This document shows positions 1 through 10,093 of a DNA stretch of 64,000 bases, in pieces. This DNA comes from Thermodesulfobacteriota bacterium (GTDB taxonomy: Bacteria > Desulfobacterota > Desulfarculia > JACQYL01). Position 1 is the first letter of the stretch, and every line of letters begins with the position of its first letter. The position numbers were made by a program, and so were the translations under genes. The stretch is from positions 3,232,001 through 3,296,000 of the forward strand of contig CAXXLZ010000002.1 of NCBI GenBank assembly GCA_963675595.2, written 5' to 3'. The notes beneath the pieces are model-generated. The model made no database searches and was not told where the DNA came from. It saw only the letters and a program-made list of their open reading frames with translations.

Positions 1-2001
1 GGATGTCAGCTTTGGCTCCACGTCAAGGAGGGGCGTATCGTCAAGGTCACCGGAGTGGCCGACGGGAAGCCGAACATGGGGAGCCTATGTGTCAAAGGCA
101 GATTCGGTTACGATTTCATCTATTCTTCCGAACGTCTCAAAACGCCGCTGATCCGGGAAGGAGACGTTTTCCGGGAGGCCTCCTGGGACGAGGCCCTGGA
201 CTATACGGCAAAGAAATTTATGGAAATCCGGGAAAAACATGGCCCGGATGCGTTGGCCGGCGTGAGTTGCGCCAGGAGCATCAACGAAGACTCCTATAAT
301 ATGCAGAAGCTGTTCCGCGCGGTGATCGGCACCAACAACATCGATCACTGCGCGCGGACGTGTCACGCGCCCACCGTGGCCGGCTTGGCCATTTCCTTCG
401 GTTCCGGGGCCATGACCAACTCCTTCGAGGACTTCCTTGAGGCGAAAATGTTTTTCGTCATCGGCTCCAACACCACGGAAGCCCATCCCGTGGCTTCCAC
501 TTTCCTGAAACGGGCGGTGCGTAACGGGGCGCGCATGATCGTGGTGGACCCGAGATACTCCGGCATCGCCGAGCATGCCACACGATACGTCCAAATCAAA
601 GTGGGATCGGACATCGCTTTGATCAACGGCTTGATGCACGTGTTGATTACGGAGGGCCTTTACGACCGGGAGTATGTGCGGTCGTGCACCACCGGATTCG
701 AGGAACTGGAAGCCAAGGTGCTTGAGTACCCGCCCCGGCGAGCGGCTGAAATCACCGGGGTTCCCGCCGACGAGATTCGACGAATCGCACGGGAACTGGC
801 GTCGGTGAAACCTCTCATGTTGGTTTACACCTTAGGCATCACGGAACACACTTGTGGTGTGCACAACGTGGTGTCCTGCGCCAACCTCCAAATGTTGTTG
901 GGAAACGTGGGATTCCGCTGCGGCGGAGTGAATCCGCTCCGGGGACAAAACAATGTGCAGGGAGCCTGCGACATGGGGGCTTTGCCCAATGTTTTCCCTG
1001 GATATCACAAGGTTGTGGATCCTGCGGCAAGAGCCAAATTCGAGCAGTTCTGGGGCGTGGAAAATCTTCCCGAGGAAAACGGACTCATGATGCCCGACAT
1101 GCTGGAAGGACTGGTAAAAGGCAACATCAAAGGGTTCTATGTATTCGGAGAGAACTTGGCCAACACGGAGCCGGACATCCGGCATGTCGAGCATTGCCTG
1201 AGTTCGGCTGAATTCCTGGTCTGCAACGACATCTTTCCCACGGAGACCACGCGCTTTGCGCATGTGATCTTTCCGGCGGCGGCATGGAGTGAAAACGACG
1301 GCACCTTTACCAACTCGGAACGACGAGTAAACCGGGTGCGCACCGCTTCCGAAGCGCCCGGAGTCGCCAAGCCCAACTGGTGGGTGTTCAAGGAAATCGC
1401 CGCCAGGATGGGACATCAATGGAAGTCCGACAGTGCTCAGGAGATCTGGGACAACGAGGTGTCCGTGATGGCTCCCCAATTGGCCGGAATCAAATACGCC
1501 CGCATTGAACGCGACGGTCTTCAATGGCCCGTGCCGGACCTTGAACATCCGGGAACGTCGTACCTGCACAAAGACGGCTGTTTCACCTGCGGCCTGGGGA
1601 ACTTCACGGCGGTGGACTGGACGCCTCCTGCGGAGGTTCCCGATGAGGAATATCCTTTCACTTTGAGCACGGGCCGTCGATTGTATCATTACCACACGCG
1701 CACCCAGACCGGTCGTTGTGTGGGGCTGAACGACCTGCTGCCCCATGAGACGGCGGACATCTCCGCGGCGGATGCGGAAAGCCTGGGAATCCGCGACGGA
1801 GAACTGATCCGGGTCAAATCCCGTAGAGGGGAAGTGGAGGTGGTGGCCAAAGTGACCCCCCAGGTTCCCCCCGGGTTGGTTTGGATGGCGTTTCACTTTC
1901 GGGAAGGTTGCGCCAACTGGATCACCAATCCGGCCTATGATCCCATATCCTTAACGGCCGAGTCCAAGGCCTGCGCCGTGCAGTTGGAGCGGATTTCCTA
2001 G
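1..2001 (+). CDS. fdhF: Formate dehydrogenase alpha subunit-like molybdopterin oxidoreductase, 5'-truncated by the window edge
   Basis: Frame is open from position 1 (GCQLWLHV...GSLCVKGRFG). Contains NIDHCARTCHAPT, PLRGQNNVQGACDMG and a C-terminal molybdopterin dinucleotide-binding domain (LSTGRRLYHYHT). Confidence 0.9.
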   Translation, partial: GCQLWLHVKEGRIVKVTGVADGKPNMGSLCVKGRFGYDFIYSSERLKTPLIREGDVFREASWDEALDYTAKKFMEIREKHGPDALAGVSCARSINEDSYNMQKLFRAVIGTNNIDHCARTCHAPTVAGLAISFGSGAMTNSFEDFLEAKMFFVIGSNTTEAHPVASTFLKRAVRNGARMIVVDPRYSGIAEHATRYVQIKVGSDIALINGLMHVLITEGLYDREYVRSCTTGFEELEAKVLEYPPRRAAEITGVPADEIRRIARELASVKPLMLVYTLGITEHTCGVHNVVSCANLQMLLGNVGFRCGGVNPLRGQNNVQGACDMGALPNVFPGYHKVVDPAARAKFEQFWGVENLPEENGLMMPDMLEGLVKGNIKGFYVFGENLANTEPDIRHVEHCLSSAEFLVCNDIFPTETTRFAHVIFPAAAWSENDGTFTNSERRVNRVRTASEAPGVAKPNWWVFKEIAARMGHQWKSDSAQEIWDNEVSVMAPQLAGIKYARIERDGLQWPVPDLEHPGTSYLHKDGCFTCGLGNFTAVDWTPPAEVPDEEYPFTLSTGRRLYHYHTRTQTGRCVGLNDLLPHETADISAADAESLGIRDGELIRVKSRRGEVEVVAKVTPQVPPGLVWMAFHFREGCANWITNPAYDPISLTAESKACAVQLERIS

Positions 2002-2027
2002 TTCCTCGTCTTCATGGAAGGGTGTCG

Positions 2028-2068
2028 GGGAATCCGCCTTCGGCGGATTCCCTCCTCTCTCGTTTTTC
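2028..2068 (+). terminator. Probable intrinsic terminator after fdh
   Basis: GGGAATCCGCC-TTC-GGCGGATTCCC hairpin followed by a pyrimidine/T tract. Confidence 0.45.
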
Positions 2069-2488
2069 GATTCCTGCAATCCCACTTCCCCGCTCGTTTC
2101 CCGCACAAGAGGGCTTGCCCGAAACATCGGTGATTTTCCACGGTTCCGGGAAATGAAGGATATTTTCCAATGGTTCTCGGTTGTGAGAACGTCCCGGATG
2201 CAAAATCCTTGACTGCCGTCCCTTTATCTGGTGTAAAAACCATATAGATGATTTGCTGGCGTGAAGAAAATCGTCCTACGAACGCGCCCACACTCGTTAC
2301 AGGGATCGGAAGGTTCTATTAAGCAGCACGACGGCGCGTGAAAAAAGGGATTCGCTTTGAGGTCGAGCGGATTCCTTTCGCTCGGTGTCTTTGCATCCGC
2401 TGCGGTCCGGATGAGGCGGGAACGCGAGGAAGTTCATTCAGTTGCCGGCAGGGTTATTGAGCGGAACCCAAACCGAATGGAGGCGATG

Positions 2489-4210
2489 ATGAACGGAAGG
2501 CATGGAGGCGGGTGTTTCGGAAGTGTTTACACAGGCCGGACGAAATGGGTAAGGAGCGGAGCTTTCTCCCGCGCAGGTGTGATCATCGTTTTTCTGGTTT
2601 TCGCGTTGGGAGGATCACACGCCTTCGCCGTGAACCAAGATCCGACCATTGACTTGCCCGCCGGGCCGTTGACCTACACGGACGTGCAATGTGCTGAATT
2701 CCAACCCGTCGGCGCGGGCGTTGTATTCAACGATCCCGACGGTTCCGTGGAACCGGACGGGAGTGGAGATCCCGGGCAGAACGCCGAGTTGATCATCCAA
2801 GTGATTGATAACGCGCACGATCTCGACGAGTTGACCATCAATATGGATGGGACCGGGTTCGCGGTGGACCTGTTCGAGCTGACCCTCAACGGCGAGGTCC
2901 CGCCGCCTTGGATCATTGGGGGAGGCAAAGCCGAATTGCGCGCCAAGTTTAAAGACGGAGCCACGGTGGCCGAGGTGCAGAAAATAGCGGAAAATATTCT
3001 CTGGCGTAACACGGCGGTCGCACCCGAAGCGCAACGCACCGTCAAGTTCAGCATCTATGACGGAGCCGGAGGGTACGCGGAGGATACCATCGTGGTGCGG
3101 GTCACCCCCACGGACAAGCCGCCGCGCAACAGAACCGATATCGTTATGACCCAGCTCGATCTTGCGGAGGTACGTCACCAGTACTTGGTCGGGCCCGGAT
3201 GGCGTATCGATCGGCGGCCCACACAGACCTTCGACAACGCGGTTTTCGACGGAGATACGCGCATTCGTCTCGTTTCGGACGGCACTCAGAACGACTACGA
3301 GGGATGGAGCTACGACATCGGTGACGCCACCCGGGTTTCAGTGGAAATGTATGTGCCTTCCACCTGGGGAATCACCGGCAAGGAAGTGCGCGCCGGTCTA
3401 TGGGTGCACGGCTATACCGACCAGGGAGAGCGTATCGAATTCCCGGTGGTTTTCGTGGCGCAGCCGGACGGAGCGCCCGCTCCCAATACGGTGAAGTTCT
3501 ATCTTGATCCTTATGTGGACAAGCCTCTGCCGGCGGACGTCAAATTGGACGCCTGGATGACTTTGACCGTGATTCTGGACAACGGCGACCTCCAGTATTT
3601 CCTCACCGGAACGAGAACCAACGGCGAATCCTTCACCCTGAGCACTGTAAAGGCCGGCACAGGGGTCACCAGCCTGCATCAGGCCCTACTGTCGACGAGT
3701 TTCGCTCCTGCGGGTCAAAGTTTTACCGCGTATTTCGACAACCTGACCTGGAATTCGGGAACCGGGGACAACCAAGAATGGACGCCTCAGGAAACCACGG
3801 CGGGAAAAGCCGTGGTGATCGAAGGATTGATGGTGGCCCCGGGGACGCCGGGCGAGATTCTGACCACGGTGCTCACCACGGGCGGCGGTAATTTGGTGCC
3901 GAAAAGCGGTTCCGGCGCATCCGTCAGCGGTAGCGGCACCGGCAGACTCACCATTCAAGGCACCGCGGATCAGATCAATGAGGCCCTGTCCGAGCTCACG
4001 TTCTATCCGGGAGGCGACACGGAGGGCCGAACCGAGATTCTCGCCGTGACCAGCAATTCCCAAGGGGAGAGCGACACCGATACCATCCTGGTGAACGTAA
4101 AAGCCGTTCCCGTCCCGACCATGGTATCGGCGCTTAATGAAATGGGACTGGCCGTGCTCATCCTGCTGTTGGGGTTCGTGGGATTCCGTATGGTCCGAAG
4201 ACGCGCGTAA
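2489..4210 (+). CDS. Secreted acidic surface protein with an IPTL-CTERM-like sorting tail
   Basis: GGAGG before the ATG; hydrophobic signal region; Ig/cadherin-like segments (LTIQGTADQINEAL); C-terminus VPVPT..LNEMGLAVLILLLGFVGFRMVRRRA (motif, TM helix, Arg cluster). Start is approximate. Confidence 0.75.
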   Translation: MNGRHGGGCFGSVYTGRTKWVRSGAFSRAGVIIVFLVFALGGSHAFAVNQDPTIDLPAGPLTYTDVQCAEFQPVGAGVVFNDPDGSVEPDGSGDPGQNAELIIQVIDNAHDLDELTINMDGTGFAVDLFELTLNGEVPPPWIIGGGKAELRAKFKDGATVAEVQKIAENILWRNTAVAPEAQRTVKFSIYDGAGGYAEDTIVVRVTPTDKPPRNRTDIVMTQLDLAEVRHQYLVGPGWRIDRRPTQTFDNAVFDGDTRIRLVSDGTQNDYEGWSYDIGDATRVSVEMYVPSTWGITGKEVRAGLWVHGYTDQGERIEFPVVFVAQPDGAPAPNTVKFYLDPYVDKPLPADVKLDAWMTLTVILDNGDLQYFLTGTRTNGESFTLSTVKAGTGVTSLHQALLSTSFAPAGQSFTAYFDNLTWNSGTGDNQEWTPQETTAGKAVVIEGLMVAPGTPGEILTTVLTTGGGNLVPKSGSGASVSGSGTGRLTIQGTADQINEALSELTFYPGGDTEGRTEILAVTSNSQGESDTDTILVNVKAVPVPTMVSALNEMGLAVLILLLGFVGFRMVRRRA

Positions 4211-4271
4211 CTCAGGGCGGGGCAAGGGGGACCAAGTCCTCGCTTCCGTGAAAACCCTTCCGAGACGAATC

Positions 4272-4304
4272 AGCCGAGCGCCTGTACAGGCGCTCGGCTT
4301 TTTT
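4272..4304 (+). terminator. Intrinsic terminator, same sequence family as the tRNA-Pro terminator
   Basis: AGCCGAGCGCCTGTACAGGCGCTCGGCT followed by a T run. Confidence 0.75.
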
Positions 4305-4435
4305 GGATTCATTGTTGCATTCTTTCGGTCGGGGTGACCGAAGCTGCATTCCGACCGATTTGCGGCTGTCCAAGAAAGCGGTCGGTCAAAGTGGCTTCGT
4401 CGAAACTGCAGGTCGGCCGAACCTCTCGTCGCGCA

Positions 4436-7400
4436 TCAAGACGGCGTGTCCGAGTCGGCCTCGAAAGCGAGGTCCAGGGTTCGAACCCCTTGAAAGCCTG
4501 GAAGGACAAAGGTTCCCATGCCTTGCGTCTGAGCCGAAAGGCCGAAATTTACCGAGTAGGCCCGTTCGAAAATATCCTGATCCGCTCCGATACCGTCGCC
4601 CACCACGGGGTCCAAAAAAGCGGACAAAGTGTCGCCGACAAGAGTCACCAGGACTGCCGAGCCGGCTTCGTACCGCTGCAGATAGAGGTTCACGTCCTGC
4701 TCGGGCGAGCGCCAGATTCCGTTGGGTGGGAGGTAGGGCCCCGTTTCGGAGGTTTCCGCGAAAAGAAGGGTGACCTCGTAGGTTTCAAATCCCTTTTCCG
4801 TTTGTAGATGCACTTTTCCGGCTTCAGTGGAATCCCCGAATTCGAACACCAACGTTGTCGGAGGGCCGGCGTAACTCCGGAACACATAGGATGCGTCGGT
4901 CACGTCCTGGTCCAGCAACGCCGTTAGACTCCCCTCGTGCAGGAGAACGAGGAAGCTCGAATCGGTTTCATACGTCTGCAGAAAGAACTTCACGGATTGG
5001 TCTCGGCTGCTCCATATGCCGCTGCGGGGAAATTCGTGGGCACCCGCCGCCTGAACCACTTCCGTCGTTTGGGGCAGCGACAGGAAGCCCTGCTCGTCCT
5101 CCGCGTAAAAGGCGATATGGTAGGTACCCGGTTCCGCGAAACCGTCATACACGCCCTCGTATCGGTCGCCGTTCTCGATCAAAGGGAGGATGGGCAGGGA
5201 GGCCACCGGAAAATCCGAGTCCCGAAGAGGCACATCCGGGGGGATGATCATGGCAAAAACGTCGTTTCTCGCGGTGGAGGCGATAACGCCCTCCGCCCAA
5301 AGCTTGAGCGTCTTTTCGCCGGCCAGTTGGGTGGTGGGAATGACGTTTTCAATCTCGGGCAGAGTGGAAGCGGTTGCGATGCCTCGTCCGATTCTCAGTT
5401 GTTCGACGATCGCCAGGTCTTCGTCCTCATTGGCAATTGCGTTCCCATTGGCTTCGATTTGAGGCGTCTGATTTCGGCCGGAAAAGGTGTGACGCAAACC
5501 CCGTTCCGCGATTCGGAAAGCGTTTTTCACGGTTTGGCCCTGAAATATCTGGGTCCAGAAAAATCCGGAAAAGGAAATGGTTCCTTCCACCATGTAGGCC
5601 GGTTCATCGCCCGCCGCACTGGTAACCAGGTATCGGTTCGGGTAATCGGAGTTGATCAACTCCGGAAGGAAGCTGCCGGAATGGCAGGCGTCGATCACCA
5701 GAAGCAGATAACCCGGCAGGGTGCTTTGCGCTTGGTCGATCCAATTCCGCAGGTCGCTGGTGGGCAGGCTCACATTCTTGTTGATGTCGAACGATCCGAC
5801 CCGTCCGTGATCAATCAGAAAGACCAGGAGGTTTTCGGCGTCCCCGGCCCACTGAGTCAGGGTTGTTTCCAGGCCCGCCAACGTGGGCTCGGCGTAGATA
5901 TCGTTGAATCGGCCGTCGTTATCCAAATCCTGATGGGTGACGGGGCTGAAGTAGCGGATGTTCTCTTTCTTGAAGCCTTGGAACAGAAGGGTCCTGTAAA
6001 ACAAGCCGGCCGTACCGGATGTTGCCTCCCAGATGCTGTTTTCGTCACCGGCCCCGCCCCCCGCGATGATGACGGCCTTGTCCTGCAGGGCATTCGCAGC
6101 GGGATGAAACACCTGAATTCGGTTGTTGCCGAGATCGGTTACGAATATGTCCCCATCTCCGTTCACCGCCGCATCGTACGGCCGGTTCAGATAACCGGTC
6201 CCGCTGCCGAAGCCGCCCATTTCTCCCTCGAACTCCCATGAACCGGAAAATACCTGCACGCGATGATTCTCATTGTCCGCCACGAAAACACGGCCGGCTT
6301 GATCCGTGGTCACACCGTAAGGCCGATTGAATTCTCCGGGACCGTCGCCTTTGGTTCCGGTCCCCAAAATGCCCACGAAGGTGTGATCCGCTTCAAAGAC
6401 CTGAATTCTGTGGTTCGCGGTGTCGGCAACGTAGATCCTGCCGTCCGAACCCACGTCAATGCCTCTGGGAGCGTCGAACTCTTCGATGTCCGGACCTTCC
6501 TCGCCCCATTGGAACAGAAATTCGCCTTCGCCGGAGAATTCCTGTACGCGATGATTCAGCATATCGGTCACATAGACGTTTCCCGTCTCGGAAACGGCGC
6601 AGTCGTAAGGAGTCTTGAACTCCTTTTCCCCTGAACCAAAGGATCCCCAGGACTTTTTGAACTCTCCGGAGGATGAGAATTTTTGGACTCGGTGGTTCTC
6701 CGAATCCACCACGAAAATCTCCCCGGCGCCGGAAACACAGACCCCCACAGGTCCGTTGAATTGCCCCTCGCCCGAGCCCTTTTCTCCTCCCAATGTGAAT
6801 TCATGGACGCCCTCGGGGGAAAAGACCTGAACCCGGTCATTGAGGTAATCGCTGCAGTAGATGTTTCCGTCCGGCCCGATGGCGGTCTGCATGGGCCACC
6901 TGAAAAACCCGTCGGAGGTGCCGTTGACCGCCCATTTGTTCGCCGCTTTGGCGTCGGGCGGGAACCTCAGGATTCGATGGTTGGAGCGATCCGACACGTA
7001 TACGGTGTCATCCGCGCCGACGGCGACTCCCATGGGATCGGAAAGAGACCCATTAACGAATCCGTCGTTTTTCCATTGGGAAATGAATCCGCCGTCCGCT
7101 CCCAGTTGCTGAATGCGATTGTTTCGACGATCGACCACGTAGAGACTTCCGGTGGAATCAAAAGCCAGGCCCGCGGGATAGTCGAATTCCAGGGGTCCGG
7201 AACCCGGACTTCCCCAGGCATCCAGCAAGACCCCTTGCTGATCGTACTTTCGAATTTGGGAAGACTCCCGTTCGCTCAAGTAGATGTTTCCTTGAGAATC
7301 AACCGCGATGCCCGTGCCGATCCCTTCGTAAGGGAAGGTGTCTTGCGGAATCGGTTGCCCGTCCTTGGTAAATCTTTGAACTTCGTCGGCGAAATAGTCC

Positions 7401-7852
7401 ACAAGCAATAGAAAGCCGTCCTGATGCCAGGCGATGGGCACCGGGTCCATGGGCCAAGGGGGAATCCCTTGGTAGATGGGCCATTGAGTCAGGAATTCGC
7501 CCGTGGATGTGAACTTCTGGATGCGTTTGTTTCCATTGTCCGCAACGTAGACGTTATCTTCGTCGTCTATGGCGATTCCCGACGGATCGTTGAATTCCCG
7601 CTCCCCCGTCCCGAATCCTCCCCATGCGTTGCACAACCTGCCCAACGGAAAATATTTCTTGACTCGATGGTTCCCGGTGTCCACCACGTAGACGTAACCT
7701 TCCGAATCCGTTGCCACGCCTTCTGGGTACAGGAAAGACCACTCCTCCGGGGAGGAAGGCCAAACCTGGGCAACCTCGTATGTTTCCGCACGAGCGGCGC
7801 AAGGAACGAGGAACATCAGAACAAAGAAACAGGCTGAAAGGCGTTTCAACAT
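4436..7852 (-). CDS. Secreted NHL-repeat beta-propeller protein with a clan CD (C13/caspase-fold) peptidase domain and two C-terminal GIW/QTY modules
   Basis: Signal peptide; about 12 NHL repeats (F..P.GIA.D..G..YV.D..N.RIQ.F); FLIDHG and IDACHSGSF His/Cys motifs. Confidence 0.85.
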   Translation of the reverse strand: MLKRLSACFFVLMFLVPCAARAETYEVAQVWPSSPEEWSFLYPEGVATDSEGYVYVVDTGNHRVKKYFPLGRLCNAWGGFGTGEREFNDPSGIAIDDEDNVYVADNGNKRIQKFTSTGEFLTQWPIYQGIPPWPMDPVPIAWHQDGFLLLVDYFADEVQRFTKDGQPIPQDTFPYEGIGTGIAVDSQGNIYLSERESSQIRKYDQQGVLLDAWGSPGSGPLEFDYPAGLAFDSTGSLYVVDRRNNRIQQLGADGGFISQWKNDGFVNGSLSDPMGVAVGADDTVYVSDRSNHRILRFPPDAKAANKWAVNGTSDGFFRWPMQTAIGPDGNIYCSDYLNDRVQVFSPEGVHEFTLGGEKGSGEGQFNGPVGVCVSGAGEIFVVDSENHRVQKFSSSGEFKKSWGSFGSGEKEFKTPYDCAVSETGNVYVTDMLNHRVQEFSGEGEFLFQWGEEGPDIEEFDAPRGIDVGSDGRIYVADTANHRIQVFEADHTFVGILGTGTKGDGPGEFNRPYGVTTDQAGRVFVADNENHRVQVFSGSWEFEGEMGGFGSGTGYLNRPYDAAVNGDGDIFVTDLGNNRIQVFHPAANALQDKAVIIAGGGAGDENSIWEATSGTAGLFYRTLLFQGFKKENIRYFSPVTHQDLDNDGRFNDIYAEPTLAGLETTLTQWAGDAENLLVFLIDHGRVGSFDINKNVSLPTSDLRNWIDQAQSTLPGYLLLVIDACHSGSFLPELINSDYPNRYLVTSAAGDEPAYMVEGTISFSGFFWTQIFQGQTVKNAFRIAERGLRHTFSGRNQTPQIEANGNAIANEDEDLAIVEQLRIGRGIATASTLPEIENVIPTTQLAGEKTLKLWAEGVIASTARNDVFAMIIPPDVPLRDSDFPVASLPILPLIENGDRYEGVYDGFAEPGTYHIAFYAEDEQGFLSLPQTTEVVQAAGAHEFPRSGIWSSRDQSVKFFLQTYETDSSFLVLLHEGSLTALLDQDVTDASYVFRSYAGPPTTLVFEFGDSTEAGKVHLQTEKGFETYEVTLLFAETSETGPYLPPNGIWRSPEQDVNLYLQRYEAGSAVLVTLVGDTLSAFLDPVVGDGIGADQDIFERAYSVNFGLSAQTQGMGTFVLPGFQGVRTLDLAFEADSDTPS

Positions 7853-7885
7853 GGAGTGCTCCCAAACGGCATACGTGCCGACCTG

Positions 7886-8710
7886 CTAGTAGAGCGTATC
7901 TTTGGACAATTTTTTCAGACCGTCTTCAGCATACCCGCTAAGGTTGTCCACGTAGAAATAATCCACGGTGGGGTTGCGATTGCCGGCGCATTCGTCGATG
8001 GGTATGGCGGGAATCTTGAGCTCCATGTTGACCTGCTTTCGTGTTCCATCGGGATACCTGATGTCCAAATAGCCGGTGTAGTTCCGTTCAGACGCGGCTT
8101 TGGTCTGCAAATAGGTTTCGAATGAGTAGATGTAGGCCTTTTTCTGTCTTCCACCCAACTCCTCGAGATTTTCGGTTCCATTTTCATAGTTGTCGTCAAT
8201 AAAGGCGAAAATACCTGGTGTATCCTGTACAAGGTGAAGAGCGGAGTGCGTGCTCTGGTAGGTCTGATAGTACATCTTCGGGAAGGAGCCTCCGGAGACC
8301 GGGCCCCATATGCCGTCCTTTGTGGGGACTCCGACGACTTCATCCGGAGCTCCGAATGCTTTCGATATGTTTCCCGAAAATTCCGTGGAGCCGTTTAATC
8401 GAAGCTGTAATGTAATGTTTTTGTCGCTTGTTCTGGAAAAGGTCGCGGTCCTTTTGGAATTCAACGCGTCCGTAACGCTTGCGCTGCTCGGCCAGGAGCC
8501 TAGCACGAATACTTTGTAGTTGAAGAGATCGGAAGTCAGAATCGCCACCATGCTTCCGTCTTCGTCATAGGTTTGAATATAGGCGTTTTGGAGGCCTGTG
8601 GAATTCTTGTAGATGCCGTCCTGTCGAGCATGAGCCGCACCGGCGAGCATCAGGCAAAATGAAACGACCAGGAGAGGCACGTACTTCAGGCATGGTAGAC
8701 TGTTTCGCAT
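7886..8710 (-). CDS. Secreted hypothetical protein made of two GIW/QTY modules
   Basis: Signal peptide ending AAHA; repeats DGIYK..NAYIQTY and DGIWG..KMYYQTY. Confidence 0.75.
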   Translation of the reverse strand: MRNSLPCLKYVPLLVVSFCLMLAGAAHARQDGIYKNSTGLQNAYIQTYDEDGSMVAILTSDLFNYKVFVLGSWPSSASVTDALNSKRTATFSRTSDKNITLQLRLNGSTEFSGNISKAFGAPDEVVGVPTKDGIWGPVSGGSFPKMYYQTYQSTHSALHLVQDTPGIFAFIDDNYENGTENLEELGGRQKKAYIYSFETYLQTKAASERNYTGYLDIRYPDGTRKQVNMELKIPAIPIDECAGNRNPTVDYFYVDNLSGYAEDGLKKLSKDTLY

Positions 8711-8742
8711 GTCAACGCTCCGAGCAAATTCGAGTTTTCGGT

Positions 8743-9123
8743 TTAATGAGGCATGGCCGACGGCGGTCCCGACGAACCGGATGTGAAGCAATCCACCAGG
8801 GTATCGCTTGATGCGCCGCACTGGTCTTCCACCCAGGCGTAAAGACAATACAGACCTTCGTACCCCACCGTGCCCAGTTGTATGGTACCGGTCCCACTGG
8901 GCAGGGGAGCGTCGATGGGAAGTTGGAATACCTGTCCCAAGGGGTTTTCTATGGTAATGTTCAAGGTTACCACGTCGCTCAGGCCGTCGGGATCGTCATA
9001 CGACACCGCGATGACGAGGAGGTCCCCCACGTCGGGTGTGGCGGGTATGAGGCTTCCCGCTCGGCTCGTGGAGCTTAGGGTCAGCAGGGCGGCGCAAAGC
9101 AGCATCACCAGACCGAAACGCAT
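8743..9123 (-). CDS. Small secreted hypothetical protein (Ig-like)
   Basis: GAGGAG RBS, signal peptide MRFGLVMLLCAALL, co-oriented first gene of the 9123-4436 unit. Confidence 0.65.
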   Translation of the reverse strand: MRFGLVMLLCAALLTLSSTSRAGSLIPATPDVGDLLVIAVSYDDPDGLSDVVTLNITIENPLGQVFQLPIDAPLPSGTGTIQLGTVGYEGLYCLYAWVEDQCGASSDTLVDCFTSGSSGPPSAMPH

Positions 9124-9735
9124 GTCGCATCTCCTCTTTCAACATGTGTGATGTAATGCCTCTTTTCTTGGAGCAAATTTTGTTCCACATCCGGAAATAG
9201 GCGGACAATCCACCGAACCGGATGGGGATCACCATGTCGGTGAGCCGACCGGGCAAAGAGTATCCGGATGACCATACAGCCCACGCCGGCGTCTTCGAAA
9301 TCCCGAGTTCCGGGCCTCGGAGCATCGATTTTTCCCAACGTCATCGGTGTTTCAGCATTTCATGGGAATTTGGATGATCCTTATATGTGAAGGAATCCAC
9401 CCGTTTCGTCAATAGGGAATTCCCGCCATATTTTGGCCATGGCACGGATTCCGGAAAATTTCCGCGAAGCCGGAAACCCCGGGGTTCGAAGTAGTGCCGG
9501 CGATTGTTCGACCTTGGAAATCCCGTCGGCTTTGATGAGGATCGGGGCATCGTGTCGACCAAATATGGTTGCGATACCCGAAGGGTGCGGTAAAATAATC
9601 AAATATGGTCGATCAGAGCTTCGAGGCCTGGAGCCGGCATGGACGACGAAGCGAAGTTTTGCATATGGAATCGGATGGTTGCATCGGATTCGGTGCGTTT
9701 GGTATGCAAGTTGTACTCATGATCGCCCATAAGCG

Positions 9736-9882
9736 GGCTGTTGAAAACGCGATCTGCGGCGTTGCGTTTCACCCCTCGTCACTGCGACGTACTCTATGTA
9801 CTTCTCATTCCTCAGGATTTGCGCGCCTTGCATCTCATCGTTTTTCAGCAGCCTGCCGCAACCGGCTTTTTTCCACGGGCTG
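9736..9882 (+). repeat. ~147-bp MITE-like repeat, copy 1
   Basis: Ends GGCTGTTGAAAA / TTTTCAGCAGCC..TTTTCCACGGGCTG; aligns with 11607-11753 (inverted) and 45447-45641. Confidence 0.8.
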
Positions 9883-10093
9883 AGAAGCGGGATTCGAGCG
9901 GCCGGCGACGGGAGTGATGCCGTGCAACTGCGCGGCGCTTCTCTAAAGGAACCACCGGCTGAACCGAAGCGGAAAAGATGTTGCTGACCGGGGAATCGAC
10001 GCACAGCCGGACAACACGTCGGCAAGAGCGTCGTGAGCCATGAAAACAACCTTCACGTGGAGATCTCCATCGGGTTCGAGAGGGAACGGCCAA

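Noticed and set aside
2281-2340. SRP (ffs) RNA, suggested by CAGG..GGAAGG..AGCAGC
   Set aside because: The spacing breaks the conserved CAGGTCCGGAAGGAAGCAGC helix, and there is no long SRP stem. Kept only as an unassigned leader structure.
9124-9735. Sigma-54 promoter and enhancer sites between the divergent units
   Set aside because: TGGCAC (about 9440) and TGGTATG (about 9700) lack a properly spaced TTGC. The CAAATATGGT direct repeat (about 9559 and 9600) is suggestive but insufficient.
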